A stretch of DNA of 64,000 nt from a virus, in IMG/VR virus record IMGVR_UViG_3300037502_004185, positions 27,776-91,775 of that record. One strand, written 5' to 3'. Position numbers and translations under genes: made by a program. The notes beneath the pieces are model-generated. The model was not told the DNA's origin. It saw nothing but the letters and a program-made list of their open reading frames with translations, and searched no databases. This document shows positions 39,941 to 48,975 of the stretch, in pieces. Each line of letters opens with the position of its first letter. The stretch's first letter is position 1.

Positions 39941-42613
39941 CTACTCCATATCAGCGCTTTGACGCTGTAACGAACGGTCATCAAAGTTGAGAGGAATAGA
40001 GCCGCTAGCCTTAGTGGCTGACGCTGGTTTGTCTTTGCTTGAGCCACCGCTAGGCGCTGCAAAGATAGTGGTTGGTTTGGTTGCATCGCTGCCGCTAACC
40101 GCGCGCCCAATGGCATCCAATGAATGCTTGCTAAGTTCCACGGTTTGAGGCTTGCCGCTCTCTTTGAGGTCTTTCATTGCTGCCTGTGCTTGCAGCTCGC
40201 TAACTCGCTCATTGCGTTGGATGGATGATTGAGTCGCAACCGTCTTATTCGAGGTGTTTTCGGTGTCCACTTTCACCACGGATTGATCATCCGTTTTCTG
40301 GTTACTTAGCTCGGTATTGATGGATGATTCATGGCTGGCTGTGGTCACGCTGTTGGTTTGCGTGTTGTTTGCAGCCTTGGTTAGTGCGGCTACGGCCTCG
40401 GCCTCTTTACGGCGTTTGATCTCCGCATCGACGGCGGCTACTTGTTCAGCTTTCTTATCTGGCGAGTAAACTTGGCCAAGCTCGGGATGCTCGACCATAC
40501 CGGACATATCCATGCCTGTTTCATTAGCCACTTGCACACGTTTGTCCTGGCTAATGCGTTTTTCTCTTTTTACAGCTAAGTAAGCTTCTTTGTAGCTAAT
40601 GCCTTGCTCGCTGGCCTTTTGCGATACCTCTTGAGAGGTCACTTGAATTGAGTTTTTTGCATCAAGCTCGCGCATGCTTCTCTCATCACCGGACGCTTGA
40701 GCCGTGTGGTAGGCTTCGGCGCTCTTAAGGTGTTCTTCTTTATCCGGTTGAGCTTTCTCAGCCTTAGAATCCTTAGCCTCTTTGTCGCCCTCAACCTCAC
40801 CGCCAAATAGCTTGTAAATGCTTTTGGCCATATCGCCATAATCAAAGGTTAATGCTTCCTTAGCGCCATCCAAACCGAACGCCCCAAGCGCCGAACCAAG
40901 CAAACCAGCACCGCCACTGACTAGGCCACCCAAATCGAGCACGTTCGCCAATGCCATTGAGCTTTTCTGGCCAGTTGTCGCCTCTTGGCCATCTTTGAGG
41001 TTGAACGTCTCTTTCTGCTTGTCTTGGTCTGTAAATCCGCTAAACGCATCGTAGGCCATTAAGGCCGGAGCAAGGAAAGGGATCGCCTTGCCAGCAACAG
41101 AGCCGATTTTAGACATACCTTTAAAGGCAGCTCCCGCCATCGATACGCCCTTGCTGGCCACGTTTGAGGCTTTGCTGCCAATGCCTGACATAACCGATTT
41201 AACTCGGCCACGCTTACCGCCAGCTTTACGACCACTGCGGCGTTCAAACATATCGCCAGCCAAGTCAAATAAACCGCCTTGGCCATCGTTCCCCGCTGCT
41301 TTGGTTGCCGAAATCAGATCATCGAGCTTGTCTAGCACATCATCAAACTGGCGTTCACGATCAGCACTCGACTCATGGAGCACTTCAAGCATGTTTGCTC
41401 GGTAGCTCTGATCTTTGGTGCTTGTTAGCTCACTGGCCTTGCTTATCCGGCTAGAATCGCCCCTAGCAAGATTGACAGGATCGTTACCCCTAGCACCATC
41501 ACGGTTAGGTCGATCACTAGCCGTAATTTGCGTTGAATGGCTTGTCTCGAACGAATCTTTTGTCGCTGATAGTTGTTCATGGCTAACTGTCTCTATGGCT
41601 GTGACGGCCTGACTGTCTGCCTCTGGCGCTTGTTTGCCTCGGGTAAAGAGTCGGCCTAATTTCGATTCTTTTAGCTTGTCCTTGGTTGAAGTGGCCTTTT
41701 CGCTTACATCATCCAATGCCTCTTTAGCGTCTTGGCCTAAGTGATAGAGCTCTTTTGCGGAGTAGAAGAACGAACCACCAGCCGCAGCGCCAGCTGCATC
41801 GGTCGCATCGTTTTCTTCCTGTAGGAACTCTTTCACGTTATTGATGGCCAACTGCTTAAGGCTGGTGGCCACCTTGGCAAAAACGCTCTGGCTTTCCTTT
41901 TCCGTGTCGGTTTGCTTTTCAATCTGGCGCTCTAATGCCGTTTGCTGCGCGTTCTTGTAAGCCGATTGCTCTTGCTTGCTAGCGTAGCGGCCATCGGAGC
42001 GTCGAAGCTTGCCGTTTGCGTCTTCCCAATAGCCCTCAAACTCTGCCAGTGCGTCAGAGACGGCCTTTTCTAGCTTCTCTGGCACATCATCAAGGATTGA
42101 GGTATCTAAACGCTCAGAATTGGATTCTGGCGACTCTACATTCACGACAACAGGCGCTTGCTTTACAGGCTCGCGCGCGTCCTCGTTTTTCAGTGTGTCA
42201 GCAATCGGTGTAACGCCACTTACAGAGTTGCTTTGCTCGACCGCTTTAGCGTCCGGCTTTGCTTGTATCTCTGCTGGTTGACTAGGCGCAAATGACAGCT
42301 CAATTTCACCTGTTCGCTTGGTCTTGGTTGAGCTGGGTTGATGTGCGCCATTTGATTGTTGTTTTAATCCTTTTTGTGGATTAGTGCTCGGAATGGTGGA
42401 GACGTTTAAAGAGGCGTTGGAAACGCCCTTAGTCACCGCCTTTTCGATGCCCTTTGTATCTACTGCAAGGACGGCCTTTTGTTGGTTCGTTGGTAGCGTC
42501 TTGCCATCGAGCTTGCGACTAATCTCAGATAGCACGGTCAGCTCTTTGTCACTGGCTCGCTTCACTGCATCAACAACCAGTGAAAGATCAACCTCTTGTT
42601 GATTTCTGTCCAT
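39941..42613 (-). CDS. sit: Tape measure protein (Sit-like)
   Basis: 890 aa, Ala/Gly-rich with hydrophobic segments; lies between pmgB and pmgA. Confidence 0.8.
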   Translation of the reverse strand: MDRNQQEVDLSLVVDAVKRASDKELTVLSEISRKLDGKTLPTNQQKAVLAVDTKGIEKAVTKGVSNASLNVSTIPSTNPQKGLKQQSNGAHQPSSTKTKRTGEIELSFAPSQPAEIQAKPDAKAVEQSNSVSGVTPIADTLKNEDAREPVKQAPVVVNVESPESNSERLDTSILDDVPEKLEKAVSDALAEFEGYWEDANGKLRRSDGRYASKQEQSAYKNAQQTALERQIEKQTDTEKESQSVFAKVATSLKQLAINNVKEFLQEENDATDAAGAAAGGSFFYSAKELYHLGQDAKEALDDVSEKATSTKDKLKESKLGRLFTRGKQAPEADSQAVTAIETVSHEQLSATKDSFETSHSTQITASDRPNRDGARGNDPVNLARGDSSRISKASELTSTKDQSYRANMLEVLHESSADRERQFDDVLDKLDDLISATKAAGNDGQGGLFDLAGDMFERRSGRKAGGKRGRVKSVMSGIGSKASNVASKGVSMAGAAFKGMSKIGSVAGKAIPFLAPALMAYDAFSGFTDQDKQKETFNLKDGQEATTGQKSSMALANVLDLGGLVSGGAGLLGSALGAFGLDGAKEALTFDYGDMAKSIYKLFGGEVEGDKEAKDSKAEKAQPDKEEHLKSAEAYHTAQASGDERSMRELDAKNSIQVTSQEVSQKASEQGISYKEAYLAVKREKRISQDKRVQVANETGMDMSGMVEHPELGQVYSPDKKAEQVAAVDAEIKRRKEAEAVAALTKAANNTQTNSVTTASHESSINTELSNQKTDDQSVVKVDTENTSNKTVATQSSIQRNERVSELQAQAAMKDLKESGKPQTVELSKHSLDAIGRAVSGSDATKPTTIFAAPSGGSSKDKPASATKASGSIPLNFDDRSLQRQSADME

Positions 42614-42746
42614 TTTTCACCTTGTCTTGGAGCGCTTTATCTAGGCTTATGGCCATCGTTTGAGGCGTTTTGAATACCGCATCGATAGGTTGGCCACCGT
42701 AGATCGTTAAGTTCTCAATCAGTACGTTCCAACCAACGTAATCAAA
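42588..42746 (-). CDS. Small ORF probably expressed as a +1 frameshift extension of pmgB
   Basis: Fills the pmgB-sit gap, has no well-spaced RBS, and overlaps the pmgB stop at TTT TGA T. Confidence 0.5.
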   Translation of the reverse strand, partial: FDYVGWNVLIENLTIYGGQPIDAVFKTPQTMAISLDKALQDKVKNGQKSTRG

Positions 42747-43554
42747 ACGTTGTAATGAAGTCGTTATTCCGAAAGGGTAAGAGCAACGTTCGAGTTGCTT
42801 CACCTCCTTGCTCGATAACTTTTTGGCACTGCGGAATGGTGGCGACTAGGTAGTAACGCCCCTCGTCGTACTTAGTGAGTAATCCGTGACGCGCATTGCG
42901 TAGGCACTTTTCAACCTTGGCAAAGGCCACACGAAATTCCGTGTTGAGGTACATCGATTTCAGTAGGTCGATTTTCCACACTAGGGCATCGTCTTGGTCT
43001 TTAGGCTGTTCTTCGAACGTTAGGCAGTAGGCCAGCTCAGTGAGCGCCATGCGGTTAGCTTGTTGCTTCCACTCAGCGCTGTCCGGTTCGTACTGGTCGC
43101 GCTCATTGCGAATGTTCTCAAGTTGCTCCGCTTCGTAACCGGTTAGTGGTTTCACGTTCGCTAGGTATGACTTGCCTTTCACGCTTAAGGTGATCTCTTG
43201 TTTTGGCAATCCATTGAGCGCTTTGGCCGACTCCATTAGCTCGCCCATATTGAGATCGAGATAGTGAGTTTCTTTGCAGCGTTCACATTCATAGCTAAAC
43301 GGAATAGTGCCTAGCTCGCTGGTGGACATAAAAATCCACCACAATGCCGCTCGGCGATCTTCACCAGTCCATAGGCCGCTATCACTCATAGGGCGCTTGC
43401 TGGTGTCTTGCATGTGGTTCAGATAGCGAGTTGTGTTGGCTTCCTCTTGGTGCTCGTTTAGGTCGCAGAACAATAGAGCGTCTTCCACGGTTGGGACTCG
43501 AAACTCAATTACTTCTGAAATGTTACTTGGTAGTGGAAATGATGGAATGTGCAT
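42742..43554 (-). CDS. pmgB: PmgB baseplate hub / tail assembly chaperone
   Basis: IPSFPLPS, WTGEDRRAALWWIF, YECERCKETH and RHGL motifs. Confidence 0.75.
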   Translation of the reverse strand: MHIPSFPLPSNISEVIEFRVPTVEDALLFCDLNEHQEEANTTRYLNHMQDTSKRPMSDSGLWTGEDRRAALWWIFMSTSELGTIPFSYECERCKETHYLDLNMGELMESAKALNGLPKQEITLSVKGKSYLANVKPLTGYEAEQLENIRNERDQYEPDSAEWKQQANRMALTELAYCLTFEEQPKDQDDALVWKIDLLKSMYLNTEFRVAFAKVEKCLRNARHGLLTKYDEGRYYLVATIPQCQKVIEQGGEATRTLLLPFRNNDFITTF

Positions 43555-44069
43555 TACAGTACCTTGTTACCTACAGACATAAATTTTTGGAGAATGAGCG
43601 GGAATGACTGGATCTGGTTGCCGTTTTCGCGTGAAAACATCACGTTTCCAATCTTGGTAGGAAAGACTTGATAGCTCTTATAGAGTGACTTTTTGCCGTC
43701 CTCATTGAGCGTGAATATATTGATTTTGAACACGTACTCTTTGGGAATGTTGAGTGTGCCGTCTTGGTTTCTGACTTTCTTTATTCGGCCACCAAACCAT
43801 TTAGAAACAGTTAGGTTTTGGTCATCACGAACCGTTAGGGTAATTTCACCTACGCTGCTGAAAGTAGGCAGCGCAATAGAGCCCGAACCGACTTGGAATG
43901 AATCCGCATCGATAGAGCCAGCACCAAAATCAATATCCTTTACGTAAATATCAAAGTCCGTTGGCGCGTCCGGCGAGTCGATTTCTACCGCCCATTGCCA
44001 GCCTTGTAGCCACGGTTTACTCATAAAGTTATTGGTCGCGCGTTTGGCGAGCTGCATGTATGGATTCAT
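43554..44069 (-). CDS. tub: Tub, tail tube initiator-like protein
   Basis: LQGWQWAVE, YVKDI and NQDGTLNIPKEY motifs. Confidence 0.75.
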   Translation of the reverse strand: MNPYMQLAKRATNNFMSKPWLQGWQWAVEIDSPDAPTDFDIYVKDIDFGAGSIDADSFQVGSGSIALPTFSSVGEITLTVRDDQNLTVSKWFGGRIKKVRNQDGTLNIPKEYVFKINIFTLNEDGKKSLYKSYQVFPTKIGNVMFSRENGNQIQSFPLILQKFMSVGNKVL

Positions 44070-44080
44070 GGCGGCCTCGC

Positions 44081-44641
44081 TTAGAGCAACGATACTGGTG
44101 GAACAATGGCACGGTTCGCGCGCATTGAGTTTTCAATCTCGGCTTTACGTGCGGCTAGGTCAGGTTCGGCAGCAATATCGGTCACATCCAACTTGCCAGC
44201 GATGGCAATACGGCGTTGACGCTCTGCGTTCGGGATAGTGATCAGCAATTCCAGATAATCGCCAAGCAAGCTAATGCACGGCGTTGGAAGCTGGAACGAA
44301 TCAAACGGCTCATTGAGTACGTTTTGCATGTACATCAATGTCAGTGGGAATGTTTCTGCGCCCGTTAATTTCAGTTCAAGAACGTTGCCCCAAACCTCGC
44401 TACGCACATAACGGCCACGGTCATCTTTGACCACCAGCCTTGCAGCAAAGTCGGACGGTAATTCAAACTGATTGCTATCGGCTAAGTCGCTTTGTTGGAT
44501 GCGGATTTTAGTGGTAAATCCGGCAATCTCTTGGTACTTGGCCAGCGCTTTACGCAATAGGCTTAACAGCGCCTTTTCGTCGTCGTGCAGCAAGACAGGG
44601 AATCTCGCTTTCACGTCTTCGAGTAGTTCAATCGGTGTCAT
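44081..44641 (-). CDS. pmgC: PmgC head-tail adaptor
   Basis: MTPIELLEDVKARF...LLRKAL..YQ; IAGKLD. Confidence 0.75.
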   Translation of the reverse strand: MTPIELLEDVKARFPVLLHDDEKALLSLLRKALAKYQEIAGFTTKIRIQQSDLADSNQFELPSDFAARLVVKDDRGRYVRSEVWGNVLELKLTGAETFPLTLMYMQNVLNEPFDSFQLPTPCISLLGDYLELLITIPNAERQRRIAIAGKLDVTDIAAEPDLAARKAEIENSMRANRAIVPPVSLL

Positions 44642-44732
44642 GGCCGCTCCGGTAGTGGCGGCGCATTTTGAGATAGGGGATAGGCTTGGTGAATATTAAC
44701 TCAAAGCGATAGGGCGCGCGATAGATAAAGAG

Positions 44733-44785
44733 TCTGCACAATGACGTTGTGCAGAAAGTTCTTGCATGCACAATGGCGTTGTGCA
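44733..44785. promoter_or_regulatory. Twin palindromic operators upstream of higBA
   Basis: TCTGCACAATGACGTTGTGCAGA (44733-44755) and TGCACAATGGCGTTGTGCA (44767-44785). Confidence 0.7.
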
Positions 44786-44883
44786 ATTATTGTTGTGACT
44801 TTATCGGATAAACATGGAAAAAATGACTATGACTACAGTAGCAATCGAACGAATAAAACATGTTTTTAAGGAGGATTCCTCAA

Positions 44884-45171
44884 ATGGAATTCAGAGATCA
44901 ATATTTAGAAGATTTTTATGTAGATGATATTTCGCATAGAAAGATTCCAAGCAATTTAGAAGACACGCTGTACAGAAAGCTAGGAATGCTTGATGCAGCA
45001 ACAGATTTTAGAGATTTGCTTGCACCACCCAATAATAGATTTGAACGATTAAGCGGTCAGCTTGACGGGTATTGCAGCATTAGAGTTAACAGACAATATC
45101 GACTTATTTTTAAGTTTGAAGATGGGGAAGCTATTGATACCTATTTAGACTCGCACACTTATCGAGCTTAA
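44884..45171 (+). CDS. higB: HigB (RelE-family) toxin
   Basis: DLLAPPNNRFERLSG...SIRVNRQYRLIFKF; AAGGAGG RBS. Confidence 0.9.
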   Translation: MEFRDQYLEDFYVDDISHRKIPSNLEDTLYRKLGMLDAATDFRDLLAPPNNRFERLSGQLDGYCSIRVNRQYRLIFKFEDGEAIDTYLDSHTYRA

Positions 45172-45269
45172 TAGGTGCAACTACTGCCAGCCGAAAGGCT
45201 GGCTTACTTGGATTAGATACTAACCTACAGGCCAGTATCTATGACTATATTATGTATAGGAGACACCGC

Positions 45270-45599
45270 ATGAGACGCACAAAGCGTAAGCCAGTAACAG
45301 TCGGCGAAATGCTAAAAGTTGAGTTTCTTGAGCCGCTGTCCATAAATAATTCTACATTAGCCGAAGCTATGGGCGTTCACCGTAACACCATTAGCAATAT
45401 TATAAATGGCAAAACCACATTAACATCGGAATTAGCAACCAAATTAGCCGTAGCGCTTGGAAATACACCTGAGTTTTGGTTGAACATTCAACACGCAGTT
45501 GATGTGTGGGAAAGTAATAACAGCCTTGAAACTACCAAACTAAGTGTTAAGCCTTTGGTAAAGCTTGATAGCTCTATGTCAGATTTCGCAATGGCATGA
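45270..45599 (+). CDS. higA: HigA antitoxin
   Basis: VGEMLKVEFLEPL...GNTPEFWLNIQ. Confidence 0.9.
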   Translation: MRRTKRKPVTVGEMLKVEFLEPLSINNSTLAEAMGVHRNTISNIINGKTTLTSELATKLAVALGNTPEFWLNIQHAVDVWESNNSLETTKLSVKPLVKLDSSMSDFAMA

Positions 45600-45621
45600 T
45601 GTGAGCTAGAACTTATACGTT

Positions 45622-45648
45622 AAAACCGCCAGTTACGGCGGTTTTTTT
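45622..45648 (+). terminator. Intrinsic terminator
   Basis: AAAACCGCC-AGTTAC-GGCGGTTTTTT. Confidence 0.75.
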
Positions 45649-45752
45649 GTGCGCGCGAGTAATTAGGAATTTCTAGAATTAATTATAGATTGACTACTCG
45701 CTATCATGTGTAATACTGCTACTCATTAAACATTTTTAAAAAGTTTCACGAC

Positions 45753-47090
45753 ATGGTTAAGAAGATCGAGGGAATAAGTCTCCCACCCAAAAAACCAAAT
45801 GACATGAACGAGGTTTTTTCTATCTATCACCTTGTAAATCCACAGGTTCATGGGTTTGATAGTAAAGGAAACTACTTACACTGGCATGACTTCCAATTTC
45901 GTTCAAAAGAGTTTCAAGGTAGCGATAAGATTTTTGCTTGGCATGCTTTGAAACTTAAGCGCGCTCTTTCGTATATTCCTCTTGCTGACGAGAAAAACGT
46001 TCCATTTTGCATTAGCAGTACCTCTTTGGATGCAAAGCTATATAGAATTGGTAAAGAGGTTACATTTGAGCATTTACATCTTAGTGAGCGTGAACGTAAA
46101 GTGCATCTAGCTAAAGGTGTGATTATGGAAGAAGCCATTAGCAGCGCTCAATTGGAAGGAGCAGCAACAACACGTAAAGTTGCCAAGGAAATGCTCGAAA
46201 CCCAACGTGAACCAAGAGATATGTCTGAAAGGATGATCGTTAACAATTGGCGATTAATTGAAATGGCAGATGACTTTAAAGATGCAGAATTAACGCCAGA
46301 AATGATCATGGAATTTAACCGAGTTGCTACAGATGGAGTGTTGGAAAACGACCATATAGCTGGCCAATTCAGAAATGATGATGTGTTGGTTAGAAATGTG
46401 GCTACGAACGAGATTATTCATGAAGCTCCAGCACCAACGAAAGTTATGATGCTCATAAATGAATTGTGTAACTTTGCCAATAAAGACCATAGCACTGGTG
46501 CGGAGTTTGTTAACCCGATTGTTAAGGCTTGCATTCTACATTTTATGATCGGATACATTCATCCATTTATGGACGGCAATGGGCGTACAGCAAGGGCGTT
46601 GTTCTACTGGTTTATGCTTAAACATGGCTATGAGAACTTTAAGTATATTTCTATCTCTGCACTGCTTAAGAATGCGCCTAAGAAGTATGTTAAGAGCTAT
46701 ATTTGTACCGAAACTGATGAAAATGATTTAACTCATTTTGTTGATTACCAGCTAACAGTAATTCTGTTAGCTATGGAACGATTTGGGCGATACATTACAG
46801 GTAAGCTGGACGAAACAAGAGAAGCATTAGAGTTATTAGATCGCTCCCCATTGAAAAAAGGATTACAACTACAGCACATTACGATTCTAAGAAAGGCATT
46901 GCAGAATCCGGGACGCACTTTTTGGGTTAAAGAGATTCAGTCTGACTTTAGTGTTTCCCACACATCGGCGCGTAAGTACCTCGATAAGCTGGTGGATATG
47001 GGCTTGTTAGTTAAGTACAAGGATGGCAAGGAGAATGGTTATATTGCGCCAGCTGATTTAAAAGACAAACTACGGATTAAAGACGCCTAA
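45753..47090 (+). CDS. Fic-family protein with C-terminal winged HTH
   Basis: HPFMDGNGRTAR catalytic motif; SSAQLEG inhibitory motif. Confidence 0.92.
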   Translation: MVKKIEGISLPPKKPNDMNEVFSIYHLVNPQVHGFDSKGNYLHWHDFQFRSKEFQGSDKIFAWHALKLKRALSYIPLADEKNVPFCISSTSLDAKLYRIGKEVTFEHLHLSERERKVHLAKGVIMEEAISSAQLEGAATTRKVAKEMLETQREPRDMSERMIVNNWRLIEMADDFKDAELTPEMIMEFNRVATDGVLENDHIAGQFRNDDVLVRNVATNEIIHEAPAPTKVMMLINELCNFANKDHSTGAEFVNPIVKACILHFMIGYIHPFMDGNGRTARALFYWFMLKHGYENFKYISISALLKNAPKKYVKSYICTETDENDLTHFVDYQLTVILLAMERFGRYITGKLDETREALELLDRSPLKKGLQLQHITILRKALQNPGRTFWVKEIQSDFSVSHTSARKYLDKLVDMGLLVKYKDGKENGYIAPADLKDKLRIKDA

Positions 47091-47097
47091 CTGATTT

Positions 47098-47126
47098 AAA
47101 AAAGCCGCCAAACTGGCGGCCTTTTT
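47098..47126. terminator. Bidirectional terminator
   Basis: AAAAAAGCCGCCA-AAC-TGGCGGCCTTTTT. Confidence 0.7.
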
Positions 47127-47155
47127 GTAGGGAATAGAATAGGACTGGTTGGCGA

Positions 47156-47653
47156 TTAGAAATCTACCCAGTTGTATTGCAGTGTGATAGCTGGCTTAAC
47201 AAGTGCTGCTGAATCTTCTGTCGATAGGTCGATCACGTCTGAACGTACTTTTACGTGCTCCAAACGGAATCGATGCGAGGCTGCACCCTTACCCTTAGTT
47301 GATTCTGGCGTAGACTCGATAACGACAGTGACCATTTTCTTTTCACGAACGATCTCACGTAGCATTTCTAGCACTGTACCTGTGATCGTTTCTACGCACG
47401 TCACCGCGATTTCGCCTTTGTTCTCAAGCGCACCATTTTGGATGTAGCCCAAGCCCATTTGGCCAAAATCTTCTACGTCTGCACGACCCATTGCTGGAAA
47501 CTGAGTAGAACGCACCAAAACGCTAAGATTAGGGTATTCTTCGATTTTCATCTCGAACTCTGTACCCATCATCTTTTCGCCAGCTTGGACGTTCTTAGTG
47601 AATTTCTGTTTTAAGAAATTCATATCGCCTTTTGCGTTAAATGCTCCGGCCAT
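47156..47653 (-). CDS. bplB: BplB tail tube protein
   Basis: SVLVRSTQFP, CVETITG, STED...YNW as in P1 BplB. Confidence 0.82.
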   Translation of the reverse strand: MAGAFNAKGDMNFLKQKFTKNVQAGEKMMGTEFEMKIEEYPNLSVLVRSTQFPAMGRADVEDFGQMGLGYIQNGALENKGEIAVTCVETITGTVLEMLREIVREKKMVTVVIESTPESTKGKGAASHRFRLEHVKVRSDVIDLSTEDSAALVKPAITLQYNWVDF

Positions 47654-47666
47654 AATTACACCTATT

Positions 47667-48275
47667 CTATTGGAAGTGGTTTGGAATCTGTGACTGATTA
47701 ATCATTTGCTTAGGAGCGGCGGTAATAGTTACCGTGTTGTAAGCGAAATTGCCGTCTCGCGTCTTAGGGGCGTTAATGTCATAACTCACCTCGCTAATAC
47801 GCATAGGCAGATTGAGCGCTTTGCCAATCTTGAATCTCGCATCATTTGGAACACGGCCACCAAGGCCATCGGAACTGACTGGAACAGTATTTTGGAGCTC
47901 GGGACTGATCATCTGAGCCAGGTATTTAATGGGATCATTAACCTCTGATTTGGCATTGGTGAACGCGACAAATTTCAGCGTTGCTGTGATTTCTGGCGGT
48001 TCGTTTCCTTGCCAAACTTGCTGACTGTTCCATAGTGTTTTACTCGTCTTATCCGACACGGTTTGCGCGACTGAGGACGTTTTATCTAGGGCATTGATGT
48101 TACCCACGGAATCGCCCTCAAACGGCGCTTCCCATATCGCTCTAAAGGCAAGCTGACACTCATCAGTCATGTAACCAATGACCGTAACCTCTTGACCGCC
48201 TATGACTTGTGTAATGGCGCATTTATTGTGGATAGACACGCCATCATCATTAGGTACGCCGACAATTACAGCCAT
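47667..48275 (-). CDS. pmgG: PmgG baseplate/tube initiator
   Basis: WEAPF, WNSQQVWQG..PP, EVNDPIKYLAQMISPEL. Confidence 0.75.
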   Translation of the reverse strand: MAVIVGVPNDDGVSIHNKCAITQVIGGQEVTVIGYMTDECQLAFRAIWEAPFEGDSVGNINALDKTSSVAQTVSDKTSKTLWNSQQVWQGNEPPEITATLKFVAFTNAKSEVNDPIKYLAQMISPELQNTVPVSSDGLGGRVPNDARFKIGKALNLPMRISEVSYDINAPKTRDGNFAYNTVTITAAPKQMINQSQIPNHFQ

Positions 48276-48284
48276 TGCTTACCC

Positions 48285-48953
48285 TTACTTGTCCATACCG
48301 CGAGAATCGCGCATGCGGTTAGACTTTTTGCGAGCTGCTTTAGCCGCTGAGCTGTGAGCTTTCGCGCGCGCTTTCTTAAGTGCTGCTTTTTGTGCTGCAC
48401 TCATACGGCGCTTACGGCGATTGGTTTTGATGTAAGTTACCTTGCCGTCACGGATCACTTTCTTAAGCGCTTCAAGCATCATGGATTCACGAACGGCGAA
48501 CTCTGCAATCGCTTCGTCTGAGTCCACGTTGTCTAGGCCACGCTCTAGGGATTCAAAGATGCGATCTGCTGCTTCTGGATCTTCCAGAGCTTCTAGCATG
48601 TCGCCCTCTTTTGGCTGGCCAACTTGAGCAATGAACTCGCTAGCCGCTTCTTGTAGCGATTCGTATAGTGCTGCTTGGCCATCGGTTAGCTCTGCATCGT
48701 CATCGCCACCAGCCATGCCAAATAGCATTGCGTCTAGGTTGTCGATTGAGCTGTCACCACCGTTAACCCACTGAACACAAGCCGCTGCTGCGTCTTGGCG
48801 AGCCATGATGGTTGATGCACGGTTGATTGACTCAAGAAGTTGGTCTTCTGTTACAGACTCAAAAAATGCAGTTTCAGTTTGTTCCTGCTCGGCCACTTGT
48901 GGCATCACAAATGGGCGAGCAAGAACAGAACCCTCAGAAAACATTGATTTCAT
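48285..48953 (-). CDS. gp21-like prohead core/scaffold protein
   Basis: Acidic body with several ES motifs; basic tail KKVIRDGK...MSAAQKAALKKARAKAH. Confidence 0.75.
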   Translation of the reverse strand: MKSMFSEGSVLARPFVMPQVAEQEQTETAFFESVTEDQLLESINRASTIMARQDAAAACVQWVNGGDSSIDNLDAMLFGMAGGDDDAELTDGQAALYESLQEAASEFIAQVGQPKEGDMLEALEDPEAADRIFESLERGLDNVDSDEAIAEFAVRESMMLEALKKVIRDGKVTYIKTNRRKRRMSAAQKAALKKARAKAHSSAAKAARKKSNRMRDSRGMDK

Positions 48954-48975
48954 TCTATTCTTGCTCTTTTGTTGA

